Shown here: piece after piece, positions 15,780 through 28,200 of the stretch
Position numbering within the stretch: position 1 is the first letter of the stretch
How the letters are laid out: each line of letters starts with the position of its first letter
Assembly (NCBI GenBank): GCA_976226885.1
Contig: OZ320314.1
Coordinates: 57,846,001-57,910,000 of the forward strand
DNA: 64,000 bases
Direction of reading: 5' to 3'
From: Iphione sp. A-MEVVRFRX5
Lineage: Eukaryota
The notes under the pieces: model-generated
What the model saw: only the letters and a program-made list of their open reading frames with translations
What the model was told of the DNA's origin: nothing
Database searches by the model: none
Made by a program: the position numbers and the translations under genes

Positions 15780-16450
15780 TAGTACTGCCAGCCCTGTGGT
15801 GACATTTACTGTATCATTCTATATATCAAACTGAAGAATTTGAATTATAGCTATTTCAGTTGTAGTGCCATTTGATTTCATTGGATACCATAGCAACTAC
15901 ACATAGTTACATAATATATATTATTGAGAAAATTTCCTTAAAATTTCCATAAATTTCCATAATTTGCCATAAAACAACAATAAATATTTACTTTACAGAA
16001 AAATACCAATTACAAAAATGTTCAGGAAGTGATTTGCTGTGTTTTCATGTAAAGATAGTTTAGATGTTTGAATATCGTCATGCTTTATCAATATCTGTGA
16101 TATATATTCTTTGCTAAAATGGCCCATTTTTGACATCACTGATATCATTGATGTAGAAGTGTAGAATATTGATATGTTGCCATAGCAACAATATATATGA
16201 TTTATTCAAAGTTTTATTTTTAATTGTATCTTTCTCAGGTAAGATAACATTTCTATACAGAGTTTTGTATAAAGATGTAAGGCCATCTGATATTGATAGT
16301 TTTCATATTTATTACATCAATTGCCATACTGTGCAGGTCCTGATATGAGCCATAAGAAATAAGTTGTTATGAGGGTGACTTTGGGTCTAATATCAGCTAT
16401 GCATTTTTTTATAGTGTATAGGATGGATACTTGTAAAAATGCTCACAAGT
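15780..16450. mobile_element. AT-rich DNA-transposon-like relic
   Basis: Repeated CCATAGCAAC motifs, an AATTTCCAT short tandem and very low GC. ATACTGTGCAGG is shared with the similar AT-rich block at about 41850-42500. No TIR pair established. Confidence 0.25.
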
Positions 16451-17674
16451 AAAGGAAATTTGATATTTTTAATTACATATAGAGATGTGTGGATAAACTT
16501 CATCAAATATTAAATTTCAGGTCAAGTTGAAGGCAAAGTGACTACATTTCAATGAATGAAACACTTACTAATTTTAAATACATGTATCACATTTCCAGAA
16601 TGGTAAGAAAACCATCATGCATTTGTGGATGATATACCACTGGGCGGCCTGGAAAGGGCTAAAGATGACAAACCTTGTAAATAATTTGAGATGCACACTG
16701 GTTAGGCTATGAATACTTGGACCAGTCAGATCAAGACAAACATTGATGTACTAGAAGTAAAGAAGTTAGTAAATTCACAAATGAGAGCAAACCGTCAGAC
16801 ATTGAATGTCTTCTAAGGGGGTATTTTCATGTGTGCGTGGTCAGCAGGGCCCTGCACACGGGGCTTAGGAGACGATATACTTCAGTGGTCTGCGTGGATC
16901 CACGGGTAGATCTGCACAACTTGCATCCATGGGCATACCCTCATATGATATGCTGTAGTCATTTTCCTCACTTGTGTACAACCTGCATGCATGGAAATAT
17001 CCCCTAACAAAGCACATAAATCAAAACAGCCTTCCCCAAATTGATACCCAATCCAACCCAGATCATGAACCTCTCAATCTCCGCAAACCAGCCAAAATCG
17101 AGGCCAACAGTAACATCAGTTAATGATGGGACCAACCTTAGCTCCATCTAATATTATGGACCCATTTATAAATGTATTAACCACAATATTAATAACGCCA
17201 TACTTGAGGTAATATAACTCTACACATTCTCCGTGACAGACGATAAATTGCGCTGGTCTCTGCCGGGTAAATGAGAATATTCTGAAAGAATCCGATCCAT
17301 TTTAATGATGAAAATTCGACAGACATGAAGAACATGTTTTCAAAATATATATCCGCACAGTTCATGTATCAATACCCCGTACGAGGCTTTGACTGAAAGA
17401 AAAGATCTTGGCTTCACGTTTATGACATATGGTTAAGTCCCTTAAGTCTTCTAAATTGTACTGCATACACTTGCTAACAGCATAACACATCCTAAACTAC
17501 ATAGGGAGAATAATAAAAAGATATGTTTTATAACGAGATACTTCTAGTTCATTGCATTATTCAATCTCCGACTGAATATGGTAATCTGTCTATGAAGAAA
17601 GGCCAATCAGAAAATGTAATTAGGTTAAATACGGTACACAATTAGGTCTAAAGAATACAGAACATATATAGTAA

Positions 17675-17990
17675 GGCCCAAAAAATAGGTGTGTTTCTGG
17701 TAATGATCAGTCACAACCCACGTAGGGAGGGGGTTCTTTTTTCTCTTTTTTCTTCCTCTGGTTTTCAATACCGATAAAGATAATATGGAGAATTTTGACC
17801 AATTTGCAGTTTTACAGTTTTTTGCTGAATTTCAATGGATTTTGTTGTTTTTCTACTGAATTTACCAAAAACATGTGCTGTGAAAATACGTAACTAAGGA
17901 AACTCTTTGGGCCAAAAAATTTGTAGCTAGGGTGAGGTCTTACTAGGTAGGGGTGGGTGACTAGAAACCCACCTATTATTTTTGGGGGCC
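17675..17990. mobile_element. PIF/Harbinger-type MITE (316 bp)
   Basis: Imperfect TIRs GGCCCAAAAAATAGGTGTGTTTCTGGT / ACTAGAAACCCACCTATTATTTTTGGGGGCC, with TAA on both sides (17672-74, 17991-93) as TSD. Confidence 0.8.
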
Positions 17991-18332
17991 TAACAACTGC
18001 AGACAGTGGAGATATGCATTTGCCAATTAGTATTGGTTTAATGATAATACTTTCATTTATATTAGATTAGGCAAAAAAATCAGTGTCTCCGGTAACGTGC
18101 ATAGAAAATATAGAGTCGGTAGGTAGGAAGCTATTTTCTTACATTTCTTTTTTATTTCTTATTGGAGCCCAAAAGACAAATGTGTTTCAAAACCTGACAT
18201 TAAAACTTTCGCTGCATGGGTCTTAATTATATTATGTGAAGGCTGAGGACCTAAGGAAGAAAATGGTGTATTGTATGAGTCTATAGCTTTAGTGGTTCTC
18301 AAGGTATTGGCAAAACAATTATTTTTTAAAAG

Positions 18333-18611
18333 GTGCAATAGCTCTGAAAATAGGTTGCAGGTTCAATCCTTTGCCCCGGACCCTTGATGATGACCAGACA
18401 GATTTACTGTAGCCCCAGTCCAAAATATGTACAATGGATACATAAGGTTCTGCCCCCTATGCATAAAAAGACCCCAGAAACCTATTCGAAATAAGAGTAG
18501 GGGGCAATCCTGCATAGTCTGGCCTCTCAATTCTCAATTATAGATAGTAGTATGCTAACCCAGGAGGATATGGAAGAGCAGCTTAAATGATAGCTGAATA
18601 TCTAGTCCCTG
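18333..18611 (+). mobile_element. tRNA-derived SINE (degraded)
   Basis: Head GCAATAGCTC...GGTTGCAGGTTCAATCC (Pol III B-box-like); body AAAAAGACCCC...CCTATTCGAAATAAGAGTAGGGG. The 3' part recurs at about 43052-43171. Confidence 0.6.
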
Positions 18612-21519
18612 TGTCAATTTAAGATGTAATGAAATGGTCAAACCAGCATTGTCGATTACTGCAGTTGCCGTCTATGGGAAACGCTGCCTATTGAAATGCA
18701 AACGCTAGCCAAAACATCGTTGTTGTAGACGTCTATACCATACATAATATGGGGAAGTCATCTTGAGCTGTGAAACGCAATTCTACTATAGTTATTGTTC
18801 CTTGGACTGCGAACGGGGGTCCTCTACGAGCTGTCCAAATTACAATCAGTAAACAACGTGACGATATGTAGTTGTCCAGTCCCCAGAACTAACCATTACA
18901 CATGTAGAAAGAAGATCTCGACCATTCCTTTTTCTGTACAAACCCCTTTATCATCTTAGGTATTTCCTTGTTTTTATGTGGTTAAAGCATTTTGCCTCCT
19001 GACTCGTTTACGGTACATGTAGATATCCAATTAAGTTCGAACACTGATCCAATGACCATCGGTCAACATTTCTTTGTTGAAGATCAGCACCACCCATTAT
19101 TTTATGACTCTGACCCAGGTGATAAACACATTTTTCTATTTAATCCGGGCTTTATGATTACCGAACATTTGTAGGGGTCGAAGTAATTCTAACGAGGTTT
19201 AACTAGATGGTCAACATCCAAAAAGTTTACGGTCGAACTCTGCATACGTGTTTACATGTGCATGTAGTTCATTGACATCGGAAAGTAGAAATGAAACTGC
19301 ATTGTTTGAAGCAATCTGACTCGTAGTGATATGCCCCTTCGATCTTTTTCAAACTAAAATTCGGTCAACTAATATTCCATGGGAGCAGATATAGAGCTAG
19401 CACTGGATCTGATACATGATGGTATCCCTCGTCTCTCCTAAATCAACGTGTTGGACACAACAACTGCCTCTGAACCCTTCTGTGAGACATCGCCTCTTAT
19501 CCGAGGGGCAGGACTGTCGTGTGCGAGTCAAATTACACCTCCATGGTCACAGTCCCGTCGGATGGATATGAAAATGGGTGGTGTGTATGGGCCTTTGATG
19601 GAGAGCATGGGGTGGACTCAGGGAAGAGCTGTACTAACGTGGTGCCAAGCATCGATGCCATTGATCACAGACCTCAACCATCTCCCCTCCCTTATCACTG
19701 CGGTTACAAAACCCATTGTTTGCGCCCAGAGACAATGGGAATATATCGCATACGAGATCACGGTCAGGCCGAGGTTCAACTCAGTAGGAGACGCCCGAGA
19801 ATTCCACGAAACAGTGGCTTTGCGACAGAAGAACATTTTAATGCTTCCATGTACCTTGGAAAGAGCAATTGCAGTTGAAATGTGTTGCTCTGTGTAACAC
19901 AATGCCGCATACACTATAGCGTTACCGACGCGTGGGGAGCGTTGTTTCGGACGCTTCTTTATGTTTTAATCCGATATAGATGACGAGCTGTGTTCCTGCA
20001 GTCACTCACATGTCCCCACGGAGCAGGCTTTGGGATCAGGCCATCCCCGCCATTACACCATAATGACCCGGGTAGGGGTGCTGGGAGGCAGCCACGAGCA
20101 CCACCTCGCGGCGTGGCAGGCTCCCAGGCCGTTTTATGATCGGCAGGAGGCGGCGATCAGCAGGCGGCACACACCCAGTCGACTTATATCAGAAACGGCC
20201 ACAGAAGATACCCTTCGCTCCCTGGACGATAATGATTGGCCTTTGTGATGGGAATACTTAGGATGAGGCAGTGAGGGCTGGCAAGAGTGGCCCATGGGCG
20301 TAGTGCGAAGTATTCCGTTTCAATTTAAAGTTTAAAGATGCACATGCCATCATTTTTATAGGTATGACAGGGACGACTTGACTAAATCCATTATACCACG
20401 TTCATTTAAATGTCATCCAGGATTCTTATATGTTCAGGATTAAATTTTATTCTCTAGCCCAAAAGAAATTACCAAATGAAAGGGTGCACCGGATTGTACA
20501 TGTAGTTTGTTGTTGATTTTTTCCCCTATGCTACAAATGGATTTGCATTTGCTTACAAGTAAAATATTTACGTTGTTAGAAATATCTAGTATGACCAAAA
20601 TTCTCAATACAATCCAACTGTGTGCATGTCCCATTCTCGAAAAGAAGAATGTCCAATTCGCTGGAGAAGCAGGTGGTCGGGTCTCTTTTTATATAGAAAT
20701 ATTACATTCTGGTTCTATTAAGACCTACTCTCTTCCTTGGTTTGGTCTCTTCTGTGATCTGGTCTTTAACTGACAGCTAACTTATCTCTTTTTTCCAGTC
20801 TTTCTCCTGACACTGTCAGTGTGAGTTAAATGTCAGAGAACAGACACAAAACTTCTTGAAAGGGAGAATACAGACGAGGTAAATTGATATAAAAGCCTCG
20901 TTTGGTCACCTCAGTGCACAGCCAAGATATTTGGGCATAATGATAGGTGTATAGTCGATTGTTTTATATTACACACCAGATTGAAATATTAACTATTAAT
21001 GTCCTTCGTTTATGATAAGATAAGCTAGGCTCGTCATATTACTTCGTAACATTTGAAATAAGTAGACTATTTAGTATGTTGTGTTATACATTTTATATAT
21101 AAGGATGTGGCAAATAAGTTGCATTTCAGTTTCAGGAGAGGCACTTTTGGCTGTAGTAAGTTGTGGTGTCATGTTTTGCTTCTCCTACAGGGCTAAAAGG
21201 GGTGATTAACAAGACTACGCCTGTATATTAACTATTTCTTGAGTAAATTATAAAAAGAATCACTCTAGGGAACATTTCTCACCTCTTTCCTGCCAAGTGC
21301 ATAGTTTTGGGAATTGCCGGTAGGCGAACACCTGCCAAATAATATAAAAAGTTAATACTTTCAACAGAAGCCACCTGTCTGACGCCTGCAATCGTCTGAA
21401 CGTGTCGTCCATGGGCAAAGACAACTGAATATTCACAAGGCTATGGGCCAAATCATCAATGCGGAAGCAATCAAGCAATGAATAATTAATTCGTCACTAA
21501 CTTGTTTTTAGTGAGCGGA

Positions 21520-21730
21520 GCGCCATGTCTGCGAACAGTTGGTGGCTGTCTCAGAACAACCCACAGGCCAGTTCACCATGAATTGCCTCCAGTGCGATCT
21601 GATTAAGTGCTAATTGCCAGATTTATTGAATTACATTCGCCAAACATATTAGCTGGATTCCTTCTCTCCTGCATGGCGGCTGGGTCAAGCCAAGGGTGAC
21701 ACACTGTAATAAGGCTTCACACATTCCGTT
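21520..21730. promoter_or_regulatory. Candidate developmental enhancer
   Basis: Clustered TAAGTG (21604), TAATTG (21611) and TTTATTG (21622) in non-repetitive, non-coding sequence. Confidence 0.35.
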
Positions 21731-21871
21731 AAAAATAGGACAGGAAACATTACCCTATATTTTAAAGTGACTTATTTAGCGAATAGGAAAATACAAACAA
21801 ATCTGTGGTTAAGTAACTTTTTCAAACATCAAATGAATCAATGCAGCCACCGGCGGAATTCTTGCACCTTA

Positions 21872-22290
21872 GGCCTGGTTTCCTTACCTGCAGTGGTGTG
21901 TGGTGTGGTACAGTGGAGGTCTGCATGCGTTTCCAGTGCGTTTATCTGTGATTTTGTTTAAACACACTCTCCTGCACAGGGGTGTCCTTCAATGTGCATG
22001 CATTGTTGTTTATGAATGATGTGAAAAAGGATGGAAATGATGCTAAAAGCCACAAAAAAATGACAAAAATAACTGGAAAAGTGTGGAAAAGGACACACAT
22101 GTGCGAAAATGTGTGAATATGTCCATAAATCAAGTTGAAAAGTCAGTAAAAGTGAAGACATTTAAGTGCGTTCGTGTGCATTGCTGTGCATTTGCATCAA
22201 ATTTACAGACCTGGTCCAAAAATGGGAAACACACTGTGATGCACAACAATGCACACACACGCCACTGCAGGTATGGAACACCCTTCACTA
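21872..22290. mobile_element. Non-autonomous TIR element (MITE)
   Basis: Inverted repeat TTCCTTACCTGCAGTGGTGTGTG (21880-902) / CACACGCCACTGCAGGTATGGAA (22256-78). The exact ends and TSD are unclear. Confidence 0.6.
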
Positions 22291-25200
22291 ATAGCCTATA
22301 ACCCGATAATGACACAATTCACTGCAAAGAATCACACATGGACACCACCGCAGGGAAAGAAACCGGGCCTTACCCAGAGTCATCAGTTTTGGAGGCTGAA
22401 TCGAAATCAAAATAATTCAATCTGAACAGACAAATGTTAAGAGATATTTTCTTCAAGAAAAACGTCTTCTTATTTACCCTTCATGCCATAGAGGCCCATG
22501 TATATACAATGTACACATATTAACATTGCAGTATCGCTGAATGCATGAAGGTCGTCAGAGGTATGGTGTCACAGGTGCAAAGTCATTTATTCACGTGGAT
22601 CAATGTATCCATTTGAAAGCAAATCCATTTGAAAGTATACAGGGTTCACGACAATTTCACAATTAACGGGCAGTCAAATTATTTTATAATACCTTAAAAA
22701 AATGCAACATGTGAAATAAAATCAAGCTCGGCCTGATTTGTTACATACACAAGTATTATGTACTTATACATTTAAATATATGTTCAAGTTATTTGTTCAA
22801 ACGAAAACATAATTACTCCCACATGTTCTATATAGACTTCCGCTGGCATATCTTCCTGGATCATGACCTTCATCTGCTTTCTTCAACTAGGCTGGCGCCT
22901 GGAGCGGCCACCTGTTTAGGATCATTGACCTTAATGTGTAATCCTGACGCTCCAGCCGTCTCAGAAGCCAGGCCCCTACAGATGGCTGCCTTCCAAGACC
23001 CCAGTGGCATGGTAGGTCCTCCAGACGCCCCTCCTGGTTTGTGTCGACCGCAACCCTCAAACTTTAGCAACGATATTAAGAAAATGGAAGAAATTTGCCT
23101 GGGTGAAAGATAGAGGCGAAAGTAAAAATAGAAGAGGAGAGATGAGAACAACCTTGACGAGAGGTCCGACGATATGGAACTATAAATGCAAGGGTGGAAA
23201 TGTTGAGGAAGGACCAAAGGATGGCGAGACCGACAGATCTTGCGACTAGGGAACAAAAAGGCTCGGAGGTCGAAGGGAGGTCCTTCATGCTGACTGTGGG
23301 GCACCGTAGCTATCGTCCGGCGGCCGCCCATCGCGACGCTTACGGCCGCGTCTACCACCAGCAGCCATCCCTATCCCCCACACCAGTCAATACCGACCAA
23401 TTGACCTGTGGTCAACGGCGGAGTGGCCGCCAATTCAAGCGACCAGATTGAATCAGCCCAGGCAGGTAGTGGGGACCGGAGGCTGCAAGGAGGGGTTAGG
23501 CCACCGGGGGTATAGAGGGGTCAGATGCCAGGCCCCTTCGGGTCGACCTGGCCAGCATTCCTCCAGGTCATTGCTAGACCATGCACCCGTCCTTTCTCCT
23601 AGGAAACGTACGTACATACGCATATATGTAAGCACACATGTACACATTAGTATATAATACATGTGGATTCTCTGTATCTTTTCACCGTGTTCAAATCTTC
23701 ATCATGGAGCTAAAGCGTGAACAATCAGATACCGAACGCGATTGCTAGTCAATATTAAGATGTCGAAGATGTGGCAAGGAAGACTGTAGGCTTTTCCAGT
23801 CACCTGACACAGGCACGTTGGGGAAATACGTTTCTTGTACATATGCGTTTATGACAAAGACTTCTTTGATATGACCTCAAACCTGAAAAATAATACTGGG
23901 ACAGACGGGATCATAACACTTGAATCAAAATTCCTTTCTTAAAGTACATAGGATATACATGTTTTATACAAATCCGGAGTTTAAATAAACATGGACTTGT
24001 GTATTGCACGAGCGCGTTTTTAGTTTAGATTCGCATGCACATACAATGTATCTTCATGTTTAGACATCTGTCCTCCGTACATAAGATGTGTCTTCATCGA
24101 AACCTAGAAGCAGACGTAGAACAAGGTTGACTGCCTGTTATGTGAGGCCCATCCAATAGGCTCTTTGCACCTGTCCGGGACTGATCACAAGGTTAGCGCC
24201 CAAATACTCACAGTGCCTGGCGAGGCTCCCTCAAGCGACCATTGCATGTAAATCTAATCTGACAGACGAGTGGGAGTCTCCTTACCCACCGTCCCACTGC
24301 CACCCTAAGAACATGTCTACTGTGGCAGGGCGAGCTACTTCCAAGCTCCATAATCTGTTTGAAACGACCAACGCTGATCACTTTCAGATTCCATTTCTGT
24401 AGATGGGGCATTATCCGTATAAACCCTAGTACCATTTTTATGCCCCAGTGCACGATAGAGGGAAGTTTGAAATCAATTCTCTGTGAGTCCTTTTCTTCCA
24501 ATGGAACGGTCGGCTATGATTGGCTCTGCTACGCATGATTCTAAATCATCTTCCTCTAGTACTGGTCAGCTGTGGGCACAACAACCATTCATACGCATAC
24601 TATATGGATGCCACCGCCACAGCGATTGTTGGGCACATATAGTGAAAGTACACTCGACATAATTTTGACAGTTTGATTTAATCTTTAGTGGCATCAATGC
24701 AGGCACTACGAACCGGTCTTCACCGAGGGGATCCCCAAAGGGTGCTCTTACTCTAGGCCGACCCTGAACACAGCCAGCGATGAACCGAGTGACCCAAAGG
24801 TTCAGGAGAGCCCTTGATTCAAACGCCATTCGCCTTTAGGGATGTTTTATCACCCGGCGCTCAGGGGTCTCAAGGGAAAGCGACCCAAATAGAGTGCTGC
24901 TCAGCAGGGAGAATGACATAGAGCGGGAGGGCAGCAGTATGTTCATCCTCACAGTTGGAAGACCAGCAAGGAGTAGGTGTTTTGTCCATTCTATATTCTG
25001 TGTGCATACACACACATGGAGACACACGTAAGCACAGAGACACAGCTACCTTAAAGCGTGGTTGAGGTCAATACCCAAACAGAGACCGAGAGCCGCGTGA
25101 CCTGACCCCCTTGCCGTTTTGAGATAAGGGTTGTAACAGGGAAAATAATGTTGATATTAAACAAAGCTTCTCGCCTATAGTGAGGTAAAACAAAAGCACA

Positions 25201-28200
25201 GAGGGTGCAATAAAACTGCCATACAATACGGCGCTTTCTGAGGTTTAAATAGCCTATTTCCAGAAATGTTGCTTCTTTCGGACAGGACTGAGAATGAATG
25301 TTGTACTCGGTCAACCGACCGCTATCTCTTAACATTGATAAGAATGCTGTCACTGTGCTCACCCAAATGGTCGCCCGACCACTCCACAGTGATTATCATT
25401 TTTGCACATAAGTTACGAAGGCCATGGTTGCCTTGGGGGTATCTTCACGAATGTATCAACTAAGTTGTACAGTAAGATAGTGCCGAATGCAGTCTGGAAA
25501 ATATTCCAAGGTCAATAACGTGTCTTTATGAAAATGCAGCGGTTGCCTCCATTACAAATCTATAAATGTTTTTTTAAATGTCATTGTAGGTTATCATTCC
25601 TGGCAGTGGTCTGCTTTATATCTTGATTGTATTCTTAGACTGACTTCATACCATCTTTGGAAAGCAAGTCGAATAGAATGGGCGTCGCATGTGTTTAATT
25701 CAGGCATGTCATTGTGCTTAGATCCACAAGCTGTCAGAAAGACTCGGCATCTCTGCACGACCTTAAAGATAGACGAACTCAAAAGGTAAATAATAGAGCC
25801 ACGCAGGCATCTCACCATCTTTGCCCCACCTTTGATTCTTGGTAAATGGGCGTTTTCTGGTCGATTGCCGCCTGAGTGGTTGCTGCCACCTACCCCTGAG
25901 GAATAAAAATATATACCATCGTCTCTATTCAGATTTGCACTCCCCTCAGGGACCTACTGGCTGATCCTTATTGATCTTAATCCTCCAATTCGCACAGTGC
26001 CAGTCTCTATCCACACATCCTCTTTCCTCCAGCATCCCACCCAGTCAGCCAGCGTTAAACCTGACCAATTTTCAATCAGCTCTTCAAGCCCCGACGACCG
26101 CTGGCGGCCGTCGCCCGACGCAGTAGCGCCGATTCACCGTATGATATTGGTTCTAGCAGTCCCCTATAGTCACCAGTATACTTGACCAGCCTAGGGGAAA
26201 ATTTTGTATCAGCTGGCCGCGGGAGTTCGCTACCGGATTTTCCGGCTGACCACCTCGTTGCGAATGCCAGGCCAATGGGTAAGGGTCAGCTTTGTTCACA
26301 GCATCCCCACCACTTTCTTTATGTTTAATGCATTTGGGTTTGGTTGGAACCTGCGAGATCCCGGTATTTACTGGTGATTAGCATGACTGTCTATTCCCAC
26401 TGATGTGGAGACAAATAAATACATGGCATGTACGTCTGCGACCAGTATATGCTATATTCAATGCCCCACTCCCAAGTAATTTATTAAAGGTTCTACTACG
26501 TCTTTGTTGAGACGTTCATTTTACGTAAGTATTATTTTGGTATGAACGTGTAATGTAAAAAAAAAGATACATCTACATATATGTGCATGTATGTGGTTGG
26601 GGTTGATCATAATAAGAACATTCATTTACAATGTACAATAAAAACAACCTGTGCTAACTACATTTTCCCATTACTAAACTTCTATCCTCATTTTGTCGAC
26701 TGAGGCTGAGCTTGGAGGAGACACACATTGTAACAGCTTGCATTAGCCGGTGCTTCATAAGATTTACACAGTATAGCCATTAAGTGAAAGTCGTACCTAC
26801 TTTATTCCTAGGTGAAGTCCGTATGGCCTACTATTATATGGTCGATATCTCTGGGGATGCAGCCATCCATATGTGACGCTCGTAGTCGCTTCTCATCTTA
26901 GCTTATACCAAATATGTTTCGATCAATGATGCTCCTTTTCTCACGATACACCCACCGTGTAAGCCATGGCCTTATCTGACTGGCGTGTCCCTACCGCAAA
27001 CCAGACATCACCGATCCATATTCGGCAGATGAGACTAGGGGTCCCTCACGTGTAAGTATACATACAACCTCCGACATTTACCCATTGATTTTCTATAGGA
27101 AGCATTGGCTAGCAGTGGTTGGAAGCCGGCAGTTAGGGACATCCTTTGGACTGGCATCAGGGATGGAAGCCAAAGGGTCAGGCTCTATGGACCCTCTTGG
27201 TGGACTGGGGTGTCTGGATTGGCTTACCAAGACCACCCAGCATTCAGCCTTATGCTGACCTTACAGCCTGGCAATGCGGTCACCTGGGCGACCAATGCCA
27301 TTTCAGCATAGCCTGGATAGTATCAATGAAACTTATTTGTGCTGTGCGCGCATAAAATGTTATCACTGGTAAAAACTGCACCTGCTTACCAGTGACGTGA
27401 ACTAGAATCCATAACCACAAGTATTCTCCTTATAAAAACACATTCAAAGTGGTTCTTTCCAGACTTCTAAGAAATTCCAATCGACGCAAATATAATGAGG
27501 TCTTCTATAGTAGGAAATAATTTTAATACATCCCCTTCCATGGGTATTACATGGGAAAAAATGTCGTCTAGTTGAGGTCTGGCTTTCTGTGAATATTATA
27601 AGGCTGTATGAGATAAATGAGAGCATGTCTCTTTCACTCAGTGATTGCACTTGGGGAACCTTTATTACAGATGACGCCGGACAGTAAACACAATGATCAT
27701 TTGGACAACAAGCTATCCCCAGGGACTGCGCAGGTCAACAGACGCAAAGGACCACCCTGGTAAAGGGGCGGGTCTCCTGCCATTGCCAACACCCAGTTGT
27801 CGCCCATCTAGCCGTACAACAATTTACATGTGCCATAAAATCCTATGGAACAATTAAATCGACCATGAAATAAAATGTCCAAAGGCTCTCCGAGGGATTT
27901 CTTGGGTCTACATGAGCAATTGGTCGTGAGATGACTTTCTCCATTATGTGTGTCTTTATTTGCATGATGGAGTGCCATGTCCAGTATTTTTCATGTTCTA
28001 TGAATTGGAAATATCCAGATATTTCCACTTCTACTGGCAGAAGACAAATGTTCTCAAATATCGCTCTGATTTCCAAACGGCATGCCGCGCCAAATGTGAG
28101 AACCGGTCTGGAGAAGGATTCAAATATTTACACTCATTACAATATGCACCATCACAATTGCATTCCCATGCGGCTGGTTGCCTTCTGCATGTTCTGGTGA

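Noticed and set aside
19448-19914. Overlapping 149, 119 and 98 aa ORFs
   Set aside because: No recognisable domain, and open frames on both strands; cannot be assigned.
26230-26330. HWPGIRNEV (minus strand) resembles the Gypsy integrase zinc-finger region
   Set aside because: No HHCC cysteines, DDE core or LTRs found nearby.
27900-28200. RRIQIFTLITICTITIAFPCGWLP resembles GPCR TM6 (CWLP)
   Set aside because: The frame has multiple stops and no TM7 NPxxY follows.
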